A stretch of DNA of 64,000 nt from Phaeosaccion multiseriatum. Taxonomy: Eukaryota > Protista > Ochrophyta, other classes. This document shows, piece by piece, positions 27,603-44,820 of the stretch (within the stretch, counting starts at the first letter, position 1; each line of letters starts with the position of its first letter). Below the pieces are notes generated by a model, which was not told the DNA's origin, searched no databases, and worked only from the letters and a program-made list of their open reading frames with translations. The translations under genes and the position numbers were made by a program. The stretch spans positions 868,001 to 932,000 of the forward strand of contig OZ218950.1 in the NCBI GenBank assembly GCA_965112735.1, in the 5' to 3' direction.

Positions 27603-30600
27603 ATGGCGGTCTCTGGAGACGAGGTGGCCTTGGAGCTGGAGTCGTGCATCGGGTTTAGTGGTGAGTCGACGTGGTGCTGTTCGCTCTCTCGCCTGACTGC
27701 TGCAGCAGTAGGGGCTGCTTTGGGAAGCCGGAAGACATCAGTTTCGAAGACAGAGAGAAGAGAGAGGAGGGAGGAGAATGGGAGTGGGGAAGAGTCTCTC
27801 TTTATAAGAGAAATAGATTGGGGAATCAGGCCTCGGGTATCCTTCTTCTCCTACGCTCCGTCCCAAGTTTCCTTTGCTACTGCTCAAGGGATGTGAACGC
27901 TTCCAGCGCTTCGTGGTTCGGCAGCTGCAGCAAGAGCCTCATGAACTAATCCATCATCTTACCGTCCGTCTCCGTCCCCTCTCCTCTGCAGGCAAAGTGC
28001 CGAATGGCTACAAGGTGACCACGTGCGGCAACTATGTGGTGTACCCCCTGGGCTCCACAGTGGTGCTCAAATCGCTCAAGACGCGCAAGCAGTCCTTCCT
28101 CTCCGGCCACAGCAACTCCATCAGTTGCATTGCCATGTCGAAGGACGGGGCCTACCTCGCTTCAGGACAGGTACTTATCTTCAAAACCTGTATATAACCT
28201 ACCCAAGCCCCTCTAGACTGATCGATCCCAGCAGGACCACCAGGGGGAAGGGAAGAGATACCGCGACTGCCGCTCGATGAGTGGGTCCAATCAATCAATC
28301 AATCGAGAGTCCAAAGGATGATGACTGGCCTCCCTTCCTTTCTTTTCACACAGTGCAGCGGCAGTAGACAAAAGGTACAGGTTCTCTCCCTTCTCTCCCC
28401 TCTCACCATCCCTCGCTTTCCTCTCCCCCCTCAACCCCCTGCTGCTGCACCATCGCGCAGTCCAACCACTCCGGAGTGAAGGCGGATGTCATGATCTGGG
28501 ACCTCCAGACCGCCAAGAACGAGTGCGAGGCGGGTGTTACCAACCTGGAGGCCACTGCTCTGCTGCACCGACTCCGGTAAGTCGATCGATTGCTTCAATG
28601 TTGCTGACAATCGAATGGACTATGTGTGTATGTATGTATGGATGGGTGGATGGATGGAGGGGGGGAAGTACGTGAGTGACTCAAGTCAGAGCAGTGTCCT
28701 TGTTTGGCCCAGGTTACCATGCGAACTGATGAAAACGAAACCCAAACTTGTCTCGAGCTTGCCTTGAGCACCATCCCCTCGAGCCTCGAGGCGCCTCTTA
28801 GCGTGCACGAAGAACAACTTGTACCACAATCCACGCAATGACCTCATCCTCCCCCCCCTTCGTCTTGCCATACACTACAACTGTCGTCCCATCTCCAAGA
28901 CAACACACCGGGCGCGTGCAGGCTCTGGGCTTCAGCTGCGAGGGAAACTTGCTGGCCAGTCTCGGAGGGCAGGACGACAACGCTGTCGTGGTAAGCGACA
29001 TGGAGAGAGGAAGAAGGGGGGTAGGGGGGGGGGGAGGGGGGTGACATCGTTGTTGGGTATCCCCCCCCCCATATACCCTCCCAACCACGCTCCCAATCAC
29101 TCGCAACAAAGCGTCCCTCCCCTCCGCCATACGTAGTGCTTACGTGATTCCTTCAAGTCAATGAATGAATGTCCTTCTCCGCCACACTTGCGTCTCCACT
29201 CCACATGACGCCAACTTGATCCAAATCAACCTCCCCATCCGCACTCCTCTCCCCACTCTCTCCCAACCTCGACCCCCATGAACCTGAAAACCACTACACG
29301 AACACGCACTCACCCACACACACACGCACACGCACGCACACACGTTGGTGATACAGGTGTGGGACGTGCAGCAGGGCAGGGCCGTGTGCGGATCCCCTGC
29401 GGGTAACGACATGGCGGTGTGTCTGGAGTGGCTCAACGGGAGGAACGACAGGCTGGTCACAGCTGGCAATTACAACATGCGTGTGTGGCAGATCGACTGC
29501 GACATTCCCAAGATGCACCCCATGGACGCGAAGCTTGGGGCCATCCGGAGAGTCATCCAGGTCAGTACATCAGTTGGTCATTCAGTTGGTCACATGGGGT
29601 AGTGGGTCAGGCCAGTTGGTGTTGGACAGGTCGCGATCATCCAAGTCTGAGCAGCGCCGCCTCTCATGCCGCCCCCCCCTCCCTCGTGGCCATCTTTCCT
29701 TCCTTTCTCTCTTCCTTCCTTCCTTCCTTCCTTCCTTCCTTCCTTCCTTCCTTCCTTCCTTCCTTTCTCTATTCCTTGCTTCCTTCCTTTCTACCTCCCT
29801 CCCTCCCTTCCTTCCTACCTTCCTCCCTTCCTTTCTTCCTTCCTTCCTACCTTCCTTTCTTCCTTCCTTCCTTCCTTTCTTCCTTCCTTCCTTCCTTCCT
29901 TCCTTCTTCCGTCCTTCTTCCTTCCTTCCTTTCTCGATTCCTTCCTTCCTTCCTTCCTTCCTTTCTACCTCCCTCCCTCCCTCCCTCCCTCCCTCCCTTC
30001 CTTCCTTCCTTCCTTTCGCTCTTCCTTCCTTCCTTTCTCCCTTTCTCCCACTCCGCCTCCCTCCCTCCCTGCCTCCCTCTCACCGTCCCCATACGCCTCT
30101 ACAGTGCCTCTCCATCGACGCGAATGACGACTTCGCTATTTGCGGCACCAAGACGGGCGATTTGCTCAAAGTCAAGATCGACAGAGACCCCATCGGGAAC
30201 CACAACGACCCCGACGTTGTCCGCCCCTGTCTACTGGTGAGTGCGTGTGTGGTTGTGAGTGTGAGCAAGTGACGGAGTGAGTGACCATGGCCCTGACCGT
30301 TACATCTTGCCCATGTGACTGCCCTTGACTCTTCTCAGGACTACTCCAAGGAGAAGTTTGGCAAAGGTGTCAAGGCCGTGCGCTGCGTGCTCAACGAAGA
30401 GACCGGCCGTACCAACACCTTAGTCGGGGCAGGAGACGGAACCGTGTGCTTTGTCAACCCCAATCTCAACCGGGTAGCAGGTAGAACCGCTGAGCTGCTG
30501 GGAGGAGTAACCTCCATTGCCCCCAACCCCAACGGGGATGGCTTCTACGTGGGCACTGACCAGGCCAACCGTTACTGGTGCAACTTCAATCTTGAAGCGG

Positions 30601-31284
30601 AACTCATTGGGACGTGCCATGCGACGGGGGTGAACGATGTCGTGTTCCCCGAGGGGTGCTCGGATCTCTTCCTCACTGCGAGTCAGAGCGATATTCGGGT
30701 GTGGAACGTTAGTCTCAAGCAGGAATTGCTTCGTATCCAGGTAACGTGTGGGGTGGTGTCATGAATGCCATAAGGGATGGCAGTGGATGGGGAGGGATGG
30801 CAGAGGAAGGGGAGGGATGGCACTGGAAGGGAGGGTAGGGAGGAAGCGCCGGTGTTCCCGAAAGCTGTTAACCATTAGAGTTTGGTCTCCACCCTCCCCT
30901 TTCCTCCTCCATGGCGAATACAACCCTTCTCTCTTGGGCCTCCGGTAGGTACCCAACCTCAATTGCCAGTGTATAGCCATCACGCGCAGCGGAGGTACCA
31001 TCGTGTCCGGCTGGTCGGACGGAAAGATCCGCGCCTTTTACCCGGAGTCAGGCAAGCTAAAGTTTGTCATCACAGGTGAGGAGGGTGAGGAGGAGGAGGA
31101 GGAGGAGAAACAGGAGGAGGAGGAGGAGAAACAGGAGGAGGAGGAGGAGGAGGAGGAGGAGGAGGAGGAGGAGGAGGAGGAGGAGGAGGAGGAGGAGGAG
31201 GAGAAACAGGAGGAGGAAGTGCTGACTAGACTACCTACACACATGCAGACAAACACTCACTCACGCCCACGTACCCACAAACAA

Positions 31285-31315
<31 letters not shown>

Positions 31316-32512
31316 CACGCCCACACACACACACACGCCCCACAACCAGATGCACATGTGGGAGGGGTAACGGCGCTGACGCTTGCCAACGACGACGACA
31401 CCCGCCCCCCCTGGAGAATCATCTCCGGGGGGGAGGACGGGCGCGTGCGTGTGTGGAACGTGACGAGCTCACACCAAGCCATGGCCATCAGCTGGAAGGA
31501 GCACCGCAGCCCAGTCACATGCATCAAGGTGTCGCGTGACAATAGTCAATGCATCAGTGGTAGTGCGGACGGCAGCTGCATTGCCTGGGATTTGGAGCGG
31601 GGGGTGAGGGCGACTGCCATGTTCGAGCCAACCGTCTTCAAGGCGTGCGTGTACCACCCCGACGAGAGTCAGTACCTCACGTGCGGCAGTAACCACATGA
31701 TTACGTACTGGGATGCGTATGACGGATCTGCGATCAGGTGAGGAAAGGGAGGGCAGGGCAGGGCAGGGCAGGGGAGGGGAGGGGAGGGACAGAGGAAGGG
31801 AGGGCAGGGGAGGGGAGAGAGGGCGGGCGGGAGGGAGGGAGAGGGGGAGGGGAAGGGGAAGGGAGAGAGGGAGGGAGGGTGGGAGGGAGGGAGAGATGGA
31901 GGGACGGAGAGAGGGAGGACCCCTTCTCCTATCGAGGGTACCACGCCCTGAGTGCTTTTGTTGCTGAATCACTGACTGTTGGTTCTGTATCACCAACTGC
32001 TGTTGCTTGCAGGGTGATTGACGGTGGGGAGGAGGGGATGAACGCCCTCGACGTGGACCGAACGGGAGAGCGCTTTGTGTCGGGGGGCGATGACGGGCTC
32101 TTTAAGCTTTGGCACTACGACGATGGTATCACAATTGGCACTGGCAAGGGACACAGGTGAGTGAGGCAAAACAGCAAGTACAGCAGCAAGTGCACGTAAA
32201 AGTTCAAGCAGGCTGCAAAGCTTTGCATTGTAACCCTTTGTGGTCAAGAAGAGCTGTCTGAGGGAAGTGGAGAGGAGGTGAACGGCAGCAGACACCACTC
32301 GATCCTGCTCGTCTCTGACCTCCTTCGTTCCCTCCCTCCCTCCCTCCCTCCCTTTCTCCCTTCCTTGTGGTGGTCGTGTTGGTTGTACAAACAGCGGCCC
32401 TGTGAATGCGGTGCGCATCTCGCCCAATCAGGAAACGTGCGTGAGTGTAGGGGCGGAGGGAGGCATTTTCATTTGGAAAATGCCGAAGGAGATGCACGAT
32501 TACCAGAGATGA
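27603..32512 (+). CDS. CFAP52: Cilia- and flagella-associated protein 52 (WDR16)
   Basis: LELESCIGFSGKVPNG...YVVYPLGSTVV...QSFLSGH...LASGQ; LLASLGGQDDNAVVVWD; GRAVCGSP; DIRVWN..KQELLRIQVPNL; SGWSDGKIRAFYPESGKL; YHPDESQYLTCGS..ITYWDAYDGSAIR; VSVGAEGGIFIWKMP. Stop TGA at 32510-32512. Confidence 0.95.
29695..30030. repeat. (CCTT)n intronic microsatellite
   Basis: Direct reading. Confidence 0.9.
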
Positions 32513-32784
32513 AACAGAGGGACAGGGAGACAGAAGCAGGACCGGGGGGCGAGGAGGAGAAAGATGTCAAGGCTGGCGGAAGGGACACAGGAGAGGAGAG
32601 GGAAGGCGCGCACGGAGGGAGGGATGGAGGGAGGAAACAGAAATACTCTTGTGTCTGCCTCTCCTCGGAGTGTCCTCCGCTACGACCCCTTGGGGAAACC
32701 GCCGAATCACGAGGGAGGCGGGGTATTTGCAACTCCTACTGCTGAGCGAGCCGGGAAGTAGGCGTGCCTTGTTCTGCATGTGAG

Positions 32785-32833
<49 letters not shown>

Positions 32834-33461
32834 TATGTGTGAATGTACATCATTGGTTAGGTATTGGATAGGGTGGGGTCACGGGCTCAGCCCTTTGTTC
32901 AGAACAGGGGAGGGGCGAGCAGCAAAGCAGAGACAGGGGCGTTCATCTTCCTTTCTTCGGAGAAGGAAAGAGTGAGTGATTGGGTGGGTGAGTGAGTGAG
33001 TGAGTGATTGAGTGAGTGAGTGAGTACAGATACACGCACAGCAACATCACACAAACTCTGCGCATGGTGGAGAGCGAAGGTAGCAGGCCGCTTGCTTCGT
33101 GCTTACACTTGACATGCTTGGTCGCTCGCTCGCTTCCCGGAAAGGAGACTTTCGAGCGAGCAAGCGCATGACTCACTACCACTCTCACTCTCACTGACAC
33201 TCGCACCAGAGCACCGCACCGGACCACACTTGTTTGGTCCCGCGTTGAACTGCATAACGAATTAATTAAATATGAGACCTCACAGACAGACGTTTGGACG
33301 TTACAGACCTCCCAGACCCACAGGCGAATTTGTGAATTTCACCTCTGATTTCACCACCATGCAGGCCTTTTGCCTGTGGCCATAATGATAATGATGGGTC
33401 ATTGCTGAGCGCTTGCTGAACCAAAGGCGACTGAATGAATGCCCAACAGCCTTACTTTGCT

Positions 33462-37931
<4,470 letters not shown>

Positions 37932-38194
37932 GAAACAATGGTCGTGGTTGCCAGGCCAGCCAAGCGAAAGAAGCGGACATTACTTCTGTCGACGACCGGA
38001 TTCCAACCCCCCAGCCACTCGACAAAAAGGGGAAAAGGGGGGAAAGAGGAAATTGGGGCATATAACACTTGTACACCCTTGAATAGATATAGGCCCGCAT
38101 GTCCAGTGTGGCGTGAAAAAGAGGGTCTAGTGTGGTTGCGAGGGGAGGAGAAAGCGGAGGCGGACACCTCCGGCTCCTGGTCCCCCCCCCCCCC
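37932..38194. promoter_or_regulatory. Probable bidirectional promoter (ADH class III / Pol eta)
   Basis: Divergent ATGs at 37931 (-) and 38195 (+) with 263 bp between them. Confidence 0.6.
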
Positions 38195-39511
38195 ATGTCG
38201 CGCTCTAAACCCCCAAGAGTGATTGCTCATGTCGACTTGGACTGTTTCTACGCGGCAGTCGAAGCTGTCAGACTCGGCTTCGGAATCAATGAGCATCCAT
38301 TGGCAGTCCGCCAGTGGGACTCTGTGATCGCAGTGAACTATGCTGCCCGCAAGTTTGCCGTTAAGAGAGGAGACAATGTGAAAGTATGCCGAGACAAGTG
38401 CCCAGACATCAAGCTGCCTCATGTGCAAGTACGTGACATGGGGAGAGACGGAAAGGGGAAGGACGCCAGAATCCCAATTCCATTGGAGGACGGAAGGCCT
38501 CAGCGACGGGCATCGACGGGCTTCACTGATCCCTCCAAGTGCAAAAAGTAGGCATTCACTCAAAATCTCTCGCATTTCTGTACATACGCACATATAAACA
38601 CATACCTAGGTGCTGCTGGAGGATGGCAAGCCCGCCACAGAGCCGGCAGGAGGCGAATGGGGAAAGAGCCTCGACCGCAGCAAGTGCAAGATATCACTGC
38701 AGCGCTATCGAGAGATGAGCGACAAGATTATGAACATCATGAGCAGGTGGGATCAGCGAGCGTACACTTCCAAGGCATGGGCGCTTTTGGGGCTCATTTC
38801 TGCAGCGTCTGGGCCAATCTCTCCCTCACTCACCTCCCTCCTCCCTCCTCCTCTTGTGACATGTGTAACTTGTTGTAGCCACTGCCCGTTGGTGGAAAGA
38901 GCAAGCATCGACGAGGCGTACCTCGATCTCACCACGCAAGTCGCAGCCAATTTTGCCAAGCAGCACCACGGCAAGAGAAGCAAGGGAGGGCCCAGCGAGA
39001 GGAAACACAGCCGAGCAGCAGGAGGAGGAGGAGGAGGAGGAGGAGCACATTGTGATACAGCAGTTGGTGGTACAGCAGAAGCCTCGGTAGTGGAGGAGGG
39101 CCTGCCAGAGTGGTCTCTGCAGGAGGGGGCCCGCCTCGTTGCAGCCCTGCGGATGGAGGTAGAAGCTACCCTCGGAGTCACACTCAGCGGCGGTGTCGCA
39201 CAGAACAAAGTCGTGGCCAAACTTGCCTCAGCGCGCAACAAGCCCAACAAGCAGACCATCATGTACCCGTCTGAAGTGGGGGGGTTGATGCGGGATATCG
39301 ACATTACGGACGTCAAGGGGCTGGGGGGCAAGTTTGGGCAGAAGATTCACGAGGCTTTCCCCGGTGTTGTCAAGGCCGTTGATTTGCAGGTAAGCGTGCT
39401 TTTGTGTGTGTGTGGGGGGGGAGGGGGGGTGGGTGGGTGTATTTTGTGGGTGTGGGGGTGGGTGGATGTGTGTGCGGGCGGGTGGGTTATGAGTATGCGT
39501 GTATGCGTGTA

Positions 39512-39552
<41 letters not shown>

Positions 39553-42500
39553 ATGTATTCTTTCCTCGAGAAGGTACTCCAGCCCAGCCACCCCCCTCAC
39601 TCTCTGAGTCCCCTCCCTCCCTCCCTCCCTCCCTCCCTCCCTCCCTCCCTCCCTCCCTCCCTCCCTCCCTCCCTACCGTACCTGTTGACTGCTTGGTTTG
39701 TTTTCCGCTGCGGCATGCATACACACATACACACACATAGGCGGTCAGCATGGAGGAGTTGCAAGGGAAGTTCGGCAGCAAAGGCGCGTGGCTCTACAAT
39801 GTGTGCAGGGGGGAGGAGGACGGGGAGGTCAAGCCCAACCTTCGCGTGCTCAGCCTCAACGCTTGCAAGACGTTCGGGTGCGTGTGGGCGTGCGTGCGCG
39901 CGCGCGTGCGTGCGTGGATGACCGCTGGCCATGGGCTGCTATCGTTCGCCTCTCACAGTCGTACTCTCTCTCTCTGTCTCTCTCTCTCTGTCTCTCTCTC
40001 TCTCTCACACACAAGGGCATACACTTTTCAGTCAAGCTCCGAGGCGACACCCTCCCCATATGTTCTCCACTCTCCCCATCCTCTCCTCTACGCTCCTTTT
40101 TCACTCACTTTGTCCTCTCTCTCACACTCCCACTACACGCATATCACTCATTGCCTTACTTACTCCATCGTCGTCATTCGTCTGGTGTGCGTTGCCTCCC
40201 TCAGTCCCGTGGGTATGGTGGGGGTGAAGCAGTGGGTCCACACTCTATCCGTGGAGCTGCAAGACCGGATGGCAGCAGAGAGGAAGCTCAATCAGCGCAG
40301 GCCCACCCACGTTGTGCTCAGTCTCTCGCACTTCGGCAAGGTGAGAGGGCCTCCGGCAGGCAGGAGGGAAGGAAGGAGGGAGGGAGAGAAGAAGGAAAGA
40401 AGGAAAGACGGAAGGAAGGAAGGAAGGAAGGAAGGAAGGAAGGAAGGAAGAGAGGGATAGAGAGAAGAGGGAGAGACGGAGAGAGAGAAGAGGGAGGGAG
40501 GGAGAGAGAGAGGGAGGGAGGCTGAGGGGGCTTAAGACCCCCACCCGCCTGAAAGCGCCTCTTGCAAACCTCCCACCCACCAGCTTGCCGTTTCAGTCTC
40601 AGTCGCTGTGACGTTGTTCACTACACATACCCACCACGTCGACTCTCTGCTCTGTGTCGCTCTCTTCCTGGGCCTCTCTCTCCCCCACCTCACCCCTCTC
40701 CCCACATGTGCACCCCTTACTTCCCCTCCTTGCAATGCTGCCCTGCCCTCTTCAGCGATCGTCCACCAGCACGGCTCTGCCCCCGTCCCTCCCTTCCCCG
40801 GAGGAGGTGGAGGAGTTGGCTCTCCGTTTACTCGCCAAGGCCGTCGCCAAGTTCGGGTCGGCAGAGCTCAGCTGCACCTCCGTCGGACTCGCAGGTAAGA
40901 GGAGGGGATAGAGAGGGATGGCAGTGGATGGGGAGGTGTGTGTGAGAGAGAGAGACTCGCAGGTAAGAGGAGGGGATAGAGAGGGATGGCAGTGGATGGG
41001 GAGGTGTGTGTGAGAGAGAGAGACTCGCAGGTAGTTAAGAGGGAGGGGCAGAGAGGAGGGACGGAGAGTGAAAGGCCCCGCGGGGGGGGGATACTTTCCC
41101 CCATCGGGCATGTGGATGGCAGCAGATTGATGGCCGGGGATGGCAGTGGATGAATGGCGGACCTGCCTCTTTCCCACTTTGTGACAATCACCACTATGGA
41201 TATGTTACTCACTGGATGTCGGGCCGACTGCTCTCCTTTTCTCTTTCTACCTCCTTCTACCCCTTCTCTCCATCTCTCGCTCTGCTCTCTGTCTCTTCTC
41301 TCTTTCTCTCGTCTCTCTCTCTATCATCTGTTCTCTCTCTCTCTGTCTCTTCCGCGTATTCTCCAACGGTACTGCCCACACAGCCAAGCCCATGGAGGCC
41401 ATCGAAAGGGTGCACACAGGGGTCGGGTCCATGACCTCCTTCCTCAAGACGAAGGCGTCGCCCCTCCATCCACTGCCATCTACAGCACCAGCCGGAGGAG
41501 GAGGAGGAGAAGGGGAAGCGGAAGATGAAGAGGAAGAAGAAAGAGGGGATGGAGGAGGAGGAGGAGGAGGAGGAGGAGGGGGAGGAGGAGGAGGAGGAGG
41601 AGGAGGAGGAGGAGGAGGAGGAGGAGGAGTTGGAGCGAGACAAGCAGCAGCAGAAGAAGCAGCAGTAGAGGCAGCAGAGGAAGGGGACGCGGGAGAGTCT
41701 CCCCGCCCTTCCCCTTCTCCCTCCTCCTCTTCCTCTCTCCCCCCTCCCGCCACCTCTGTCCTTCCTCCAAAGTCAAAGAAGCGCAAGAGAGTGGAGGCGG
41801 AGGCAAAGGCGAAGCAAGGCTTTAAGTCCTACTTTAGCCTAAGTGACCGCAACAGCTGCGGTGGCAGCACCACCAACACTCGCAGCAGCGCCACCACCAC
41901 AACCACCACCACCACCACCACCAGCAGCAGCAGCAGCAGACAGAGGAAGAGCATCCCTTATCCCCCATCAACGGAGGGGGTGAAGGCTGCAGTAGCTCTG
42001 CATGAAGAGAGGGAGAGTACTGGTGTCGTTAGTGGTGGTGCTGGTGGTGGTGCTGGTGGTATTGATGGCGACTATCCTTTGGGAAATTCTGATGGGCCGC
42101 CAAAGGAGAAGGACGGGGCCGAGGAGGGGGAGGGAGTAAGACGGCGAAGCCATGGGGAGGAGGAGGAGGAGGAGGATGGGGAGGGAGACGAGGACGAGGA
42201 GGAGGAGGACGTGGCGGACGAGGAGGAGGAGGACGTGGAGGACGAGGAGGGGGAGGGAATGGCAGTGGATGGATTACCGGGCGATGGACCAGAGAAGGGT
42301 GAGGCGGGGGCAGAGGTATCGCGGATGGCAGTGGATGGCGAAGGGGCACCACTGCCAGGCGCTGGAGATGAGGGTGGACATGGAGAGCAGCAGGAGCAAG
42401 TGGTGATACAGCAGCTACGGTCACCACCACTACAAACAACAGCAGCAGCGCTTGGGGGGGGAGGGTACCCAACTTCAGCGCCAGCGCCAGCACCAGTACC

Positions 42501-42891
42501 AGTGGCAGCAGTCGCAGCACCAATTCGTTGCCCAAGCTGCGACACGCCCTTCGCCTCCGGCACGTCCAATAAAGAGATCAATGTGCACATCGATGAGTGC
42601 CTCAATAGCGCGCTGCTCAGCAGCTTGGGCAGGGAGCGGCAGGGAGGGGAAGGTGCACAGCGGCAGCAGAAGCAGCAGCAGCAGGAGGAGGTGGAGGAGC
42701 AGCAGCAGCACACTGGTGGCGCCACTGGGCGTACTGGTGGTAATAGTGGAGGCAGTGGCGGCTGTGGTGGCAGTAGTAGTACTAAGAGGAGTAGTAGGAG
42801 TAGCAGTAGTGGGAGTAAAGGGGGCAAAGGGAAGAGGCGCCAAGGCGGGAAGCAGCCGCGTGTAGATATTCGCCGCTTCATGTCTTCATGA
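38195..42891 (+). CDS. POLH: DNA polymerase eta (Y-family) with low-complexity C-terminus, UBZ4-type finger and terminal PIP-like box
   Basis: HVDLDCFYAAVE, QWDSVIAVNYAAR, SLQRYR, ERASIDEAYLD, KLASARNKPNKQT and GLGGKFG (eta-type motifs). C-terminal CPSC...INVHIDECL and QPRVDIRRFM. Confidence 0.92.
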
Positions 42892-42970
42892 TGATGTCAT
42901 GATAAATGGGAGGAAGGGAGGGCGGCAGCAGCCTACAAGAGGGCCCATGAGAGGGCCTACCAGAAGGCCT

Positions 42971-43034
<64 letters not shown>

Positions 43035-43613
43035 GCCTGAGACTCTTCCAGTTCTTATTTTTAGTTTTACTTTCCGTCGCGCGCTCCAAGGGCGCCGAAC
43101 AGAAGCGCTAAACGCTAAACCCTAAACCATTTCATTTCAGTACCCTTCCTGGAGCACTTCGTATGTGAGGCAGCAGCAGCAGCAAGCAGCAGCAGCAGCA
43201 GTTGGTGATACAGCAGCAGCGGAGGGTAGGGACCGAGAGCACCACCGCGAGCTTGCCTCATTACTGGGCCTATCTGCGCGGTACTTGCTCGTTGCTCGCC
43301 CCCCCCCCCCCCCCTCCCCGCTTGTTCTACCTACGCCACTCGTCCACATGTTCTGTCCTCTCCTGTCCCCAACACTTCGTCGTGCCCCTCTCATCCTCCT
43401 CCTCCTCCTCCTCCTCCTCCTCCTCCTCCTCCTCCTCCTCCTCCTCCTCCTGTGCCGTCGTCGGCTGCGGATCCAATCCTTCCAAACCTTCGGCACGCCA
43501 TCGTCCTCCCCTCTTTTTCCTCCCCCTAAACCTACCCTTTCTCCATCCTTTCAGTCAGTCAGCAAATGCCACGGTCAGTCAGTCGGTGGGCCTTTCGCCT
43601 CGCCGCTGCCAGA

Positions 43614-43687
43614 CGGGACTGTAACTGTCACCGGGACTGTAACTGTCACCGGGACTGTAACTGTCACCGGGACTGTAACTGTCACCG
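43614..43687. repeat. 18-bp minisatellite CGGGACTGTAACTGTCAC x4
   Basis: Direct reading. Confidence 0.9.
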
Positions 43688-44028
43688 TTGCGTGGACTTT
43701 ACATGCCAAACATGCCAAAACAAGCTATGGTACCCATGTCCGTGCTACACCCCCCTTCGCCCCCCCCCCCCCCCCTTCTTCCTTGTGTGAGCGCTTCTGA
43801 TGCCCCGGTTGTGGTCATTCTCCTCCGTTAAGACGGATGGAGGCGCGATGTATTTCCCTCTCTCTCGCCCACACATTCCTTGTATTCCCTTCCTTCCTTC
43901 CTCCCGATCGATTCCTCCCTCCCTTCATTTTGGCTCTGAGGGTACAGTTATTTTTTTTGCCTGAAACGTGTTCGCCCATGACCTCATCCCGTCAACCCAT
44001 CCATGCATCCACTGCCATCCAGACAGTT

Positions 44029-44211
44029 TCACTTGTCCTGCAGCTTTCCCTCTAGGCCGAGGAAGTACTTCTCTCTGGCCTCTCTCTCAAGGGCGGCATC
44101 CACCTTTCCCGAAACGGGATCCGTCCCAAGGGGGCGCTTGAACAAGAGGATGTGCGGCTCGGGCCTGGGTGGGGGGACAGACAGAACATGCACTAGTTGG
44201 TGATACATCCA

Positions 44212-44244
<33 letters not shown>

Positions 44245-44820
44245 CACAGTACGATATCCCCCTTCCTTGCGTAAGGCCAGACGAATTGGTTCTTCACGTA
44301 CCTGTGAATGGCGTAGTGCACCCAGCCTCGGCTCTGCTGCACGCCGATGCCCCTCCACTCCTGCTCGGTCAGCACTCGAGATTTCGGCAGGTTTCGAGCC
44401 AAATCTTTGGGCAAGATGACGTGTCTGGTTGGTGCGGAGAGAGAGAGAAGACAGGGAGGGGGGAGAGGAGAGGAGAGGCAGAGGGAGAGGGAGAGAGAGG
44501 GAGAGAAACGGCGGGAGAAAGTAGGGACAGTAGGACCAGTAGGACGAAGGCGAGAGGGTGAGGAGGGGTAGTCGGAAGCAAAGGTCGATTGAATGTTCTT
44601 GGAGTGAGGAGAAGACAAGTTCTATCGTCTCCTCCCGCATCCATGCATTCACTCCTTGAAGATGAAAGCACAAGAACCACCACGACGGTGCCGGACGGCC
44701 CTGGCCATGGGAAAGGCCACCCATCCACTCACCCAATCATGCAAGCACCCAATCACCCACTCACCTATATTCACACTTGTCATCTTGGTACTTTTCGCTG
44801 TACTCGATTCGCGACGCCAT
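44029..44820 (-). CDS. CKS1: Cyclin-dependent kinase regulatory subunit; 3 exons (44820-44765, 44424-44302, 44164-44029)
   Basis: [19 protein letters not shown]|HVILPKDLA...[22 protein letters not shown]|[12 protein letters not shown]. Confidence 0.97.

Noticed and set aside
43137-43800. ORFs between Pol eta and CKS1
   Set aside because: Composed of CAG, CCT and 18-bp repeats with no family motifs.
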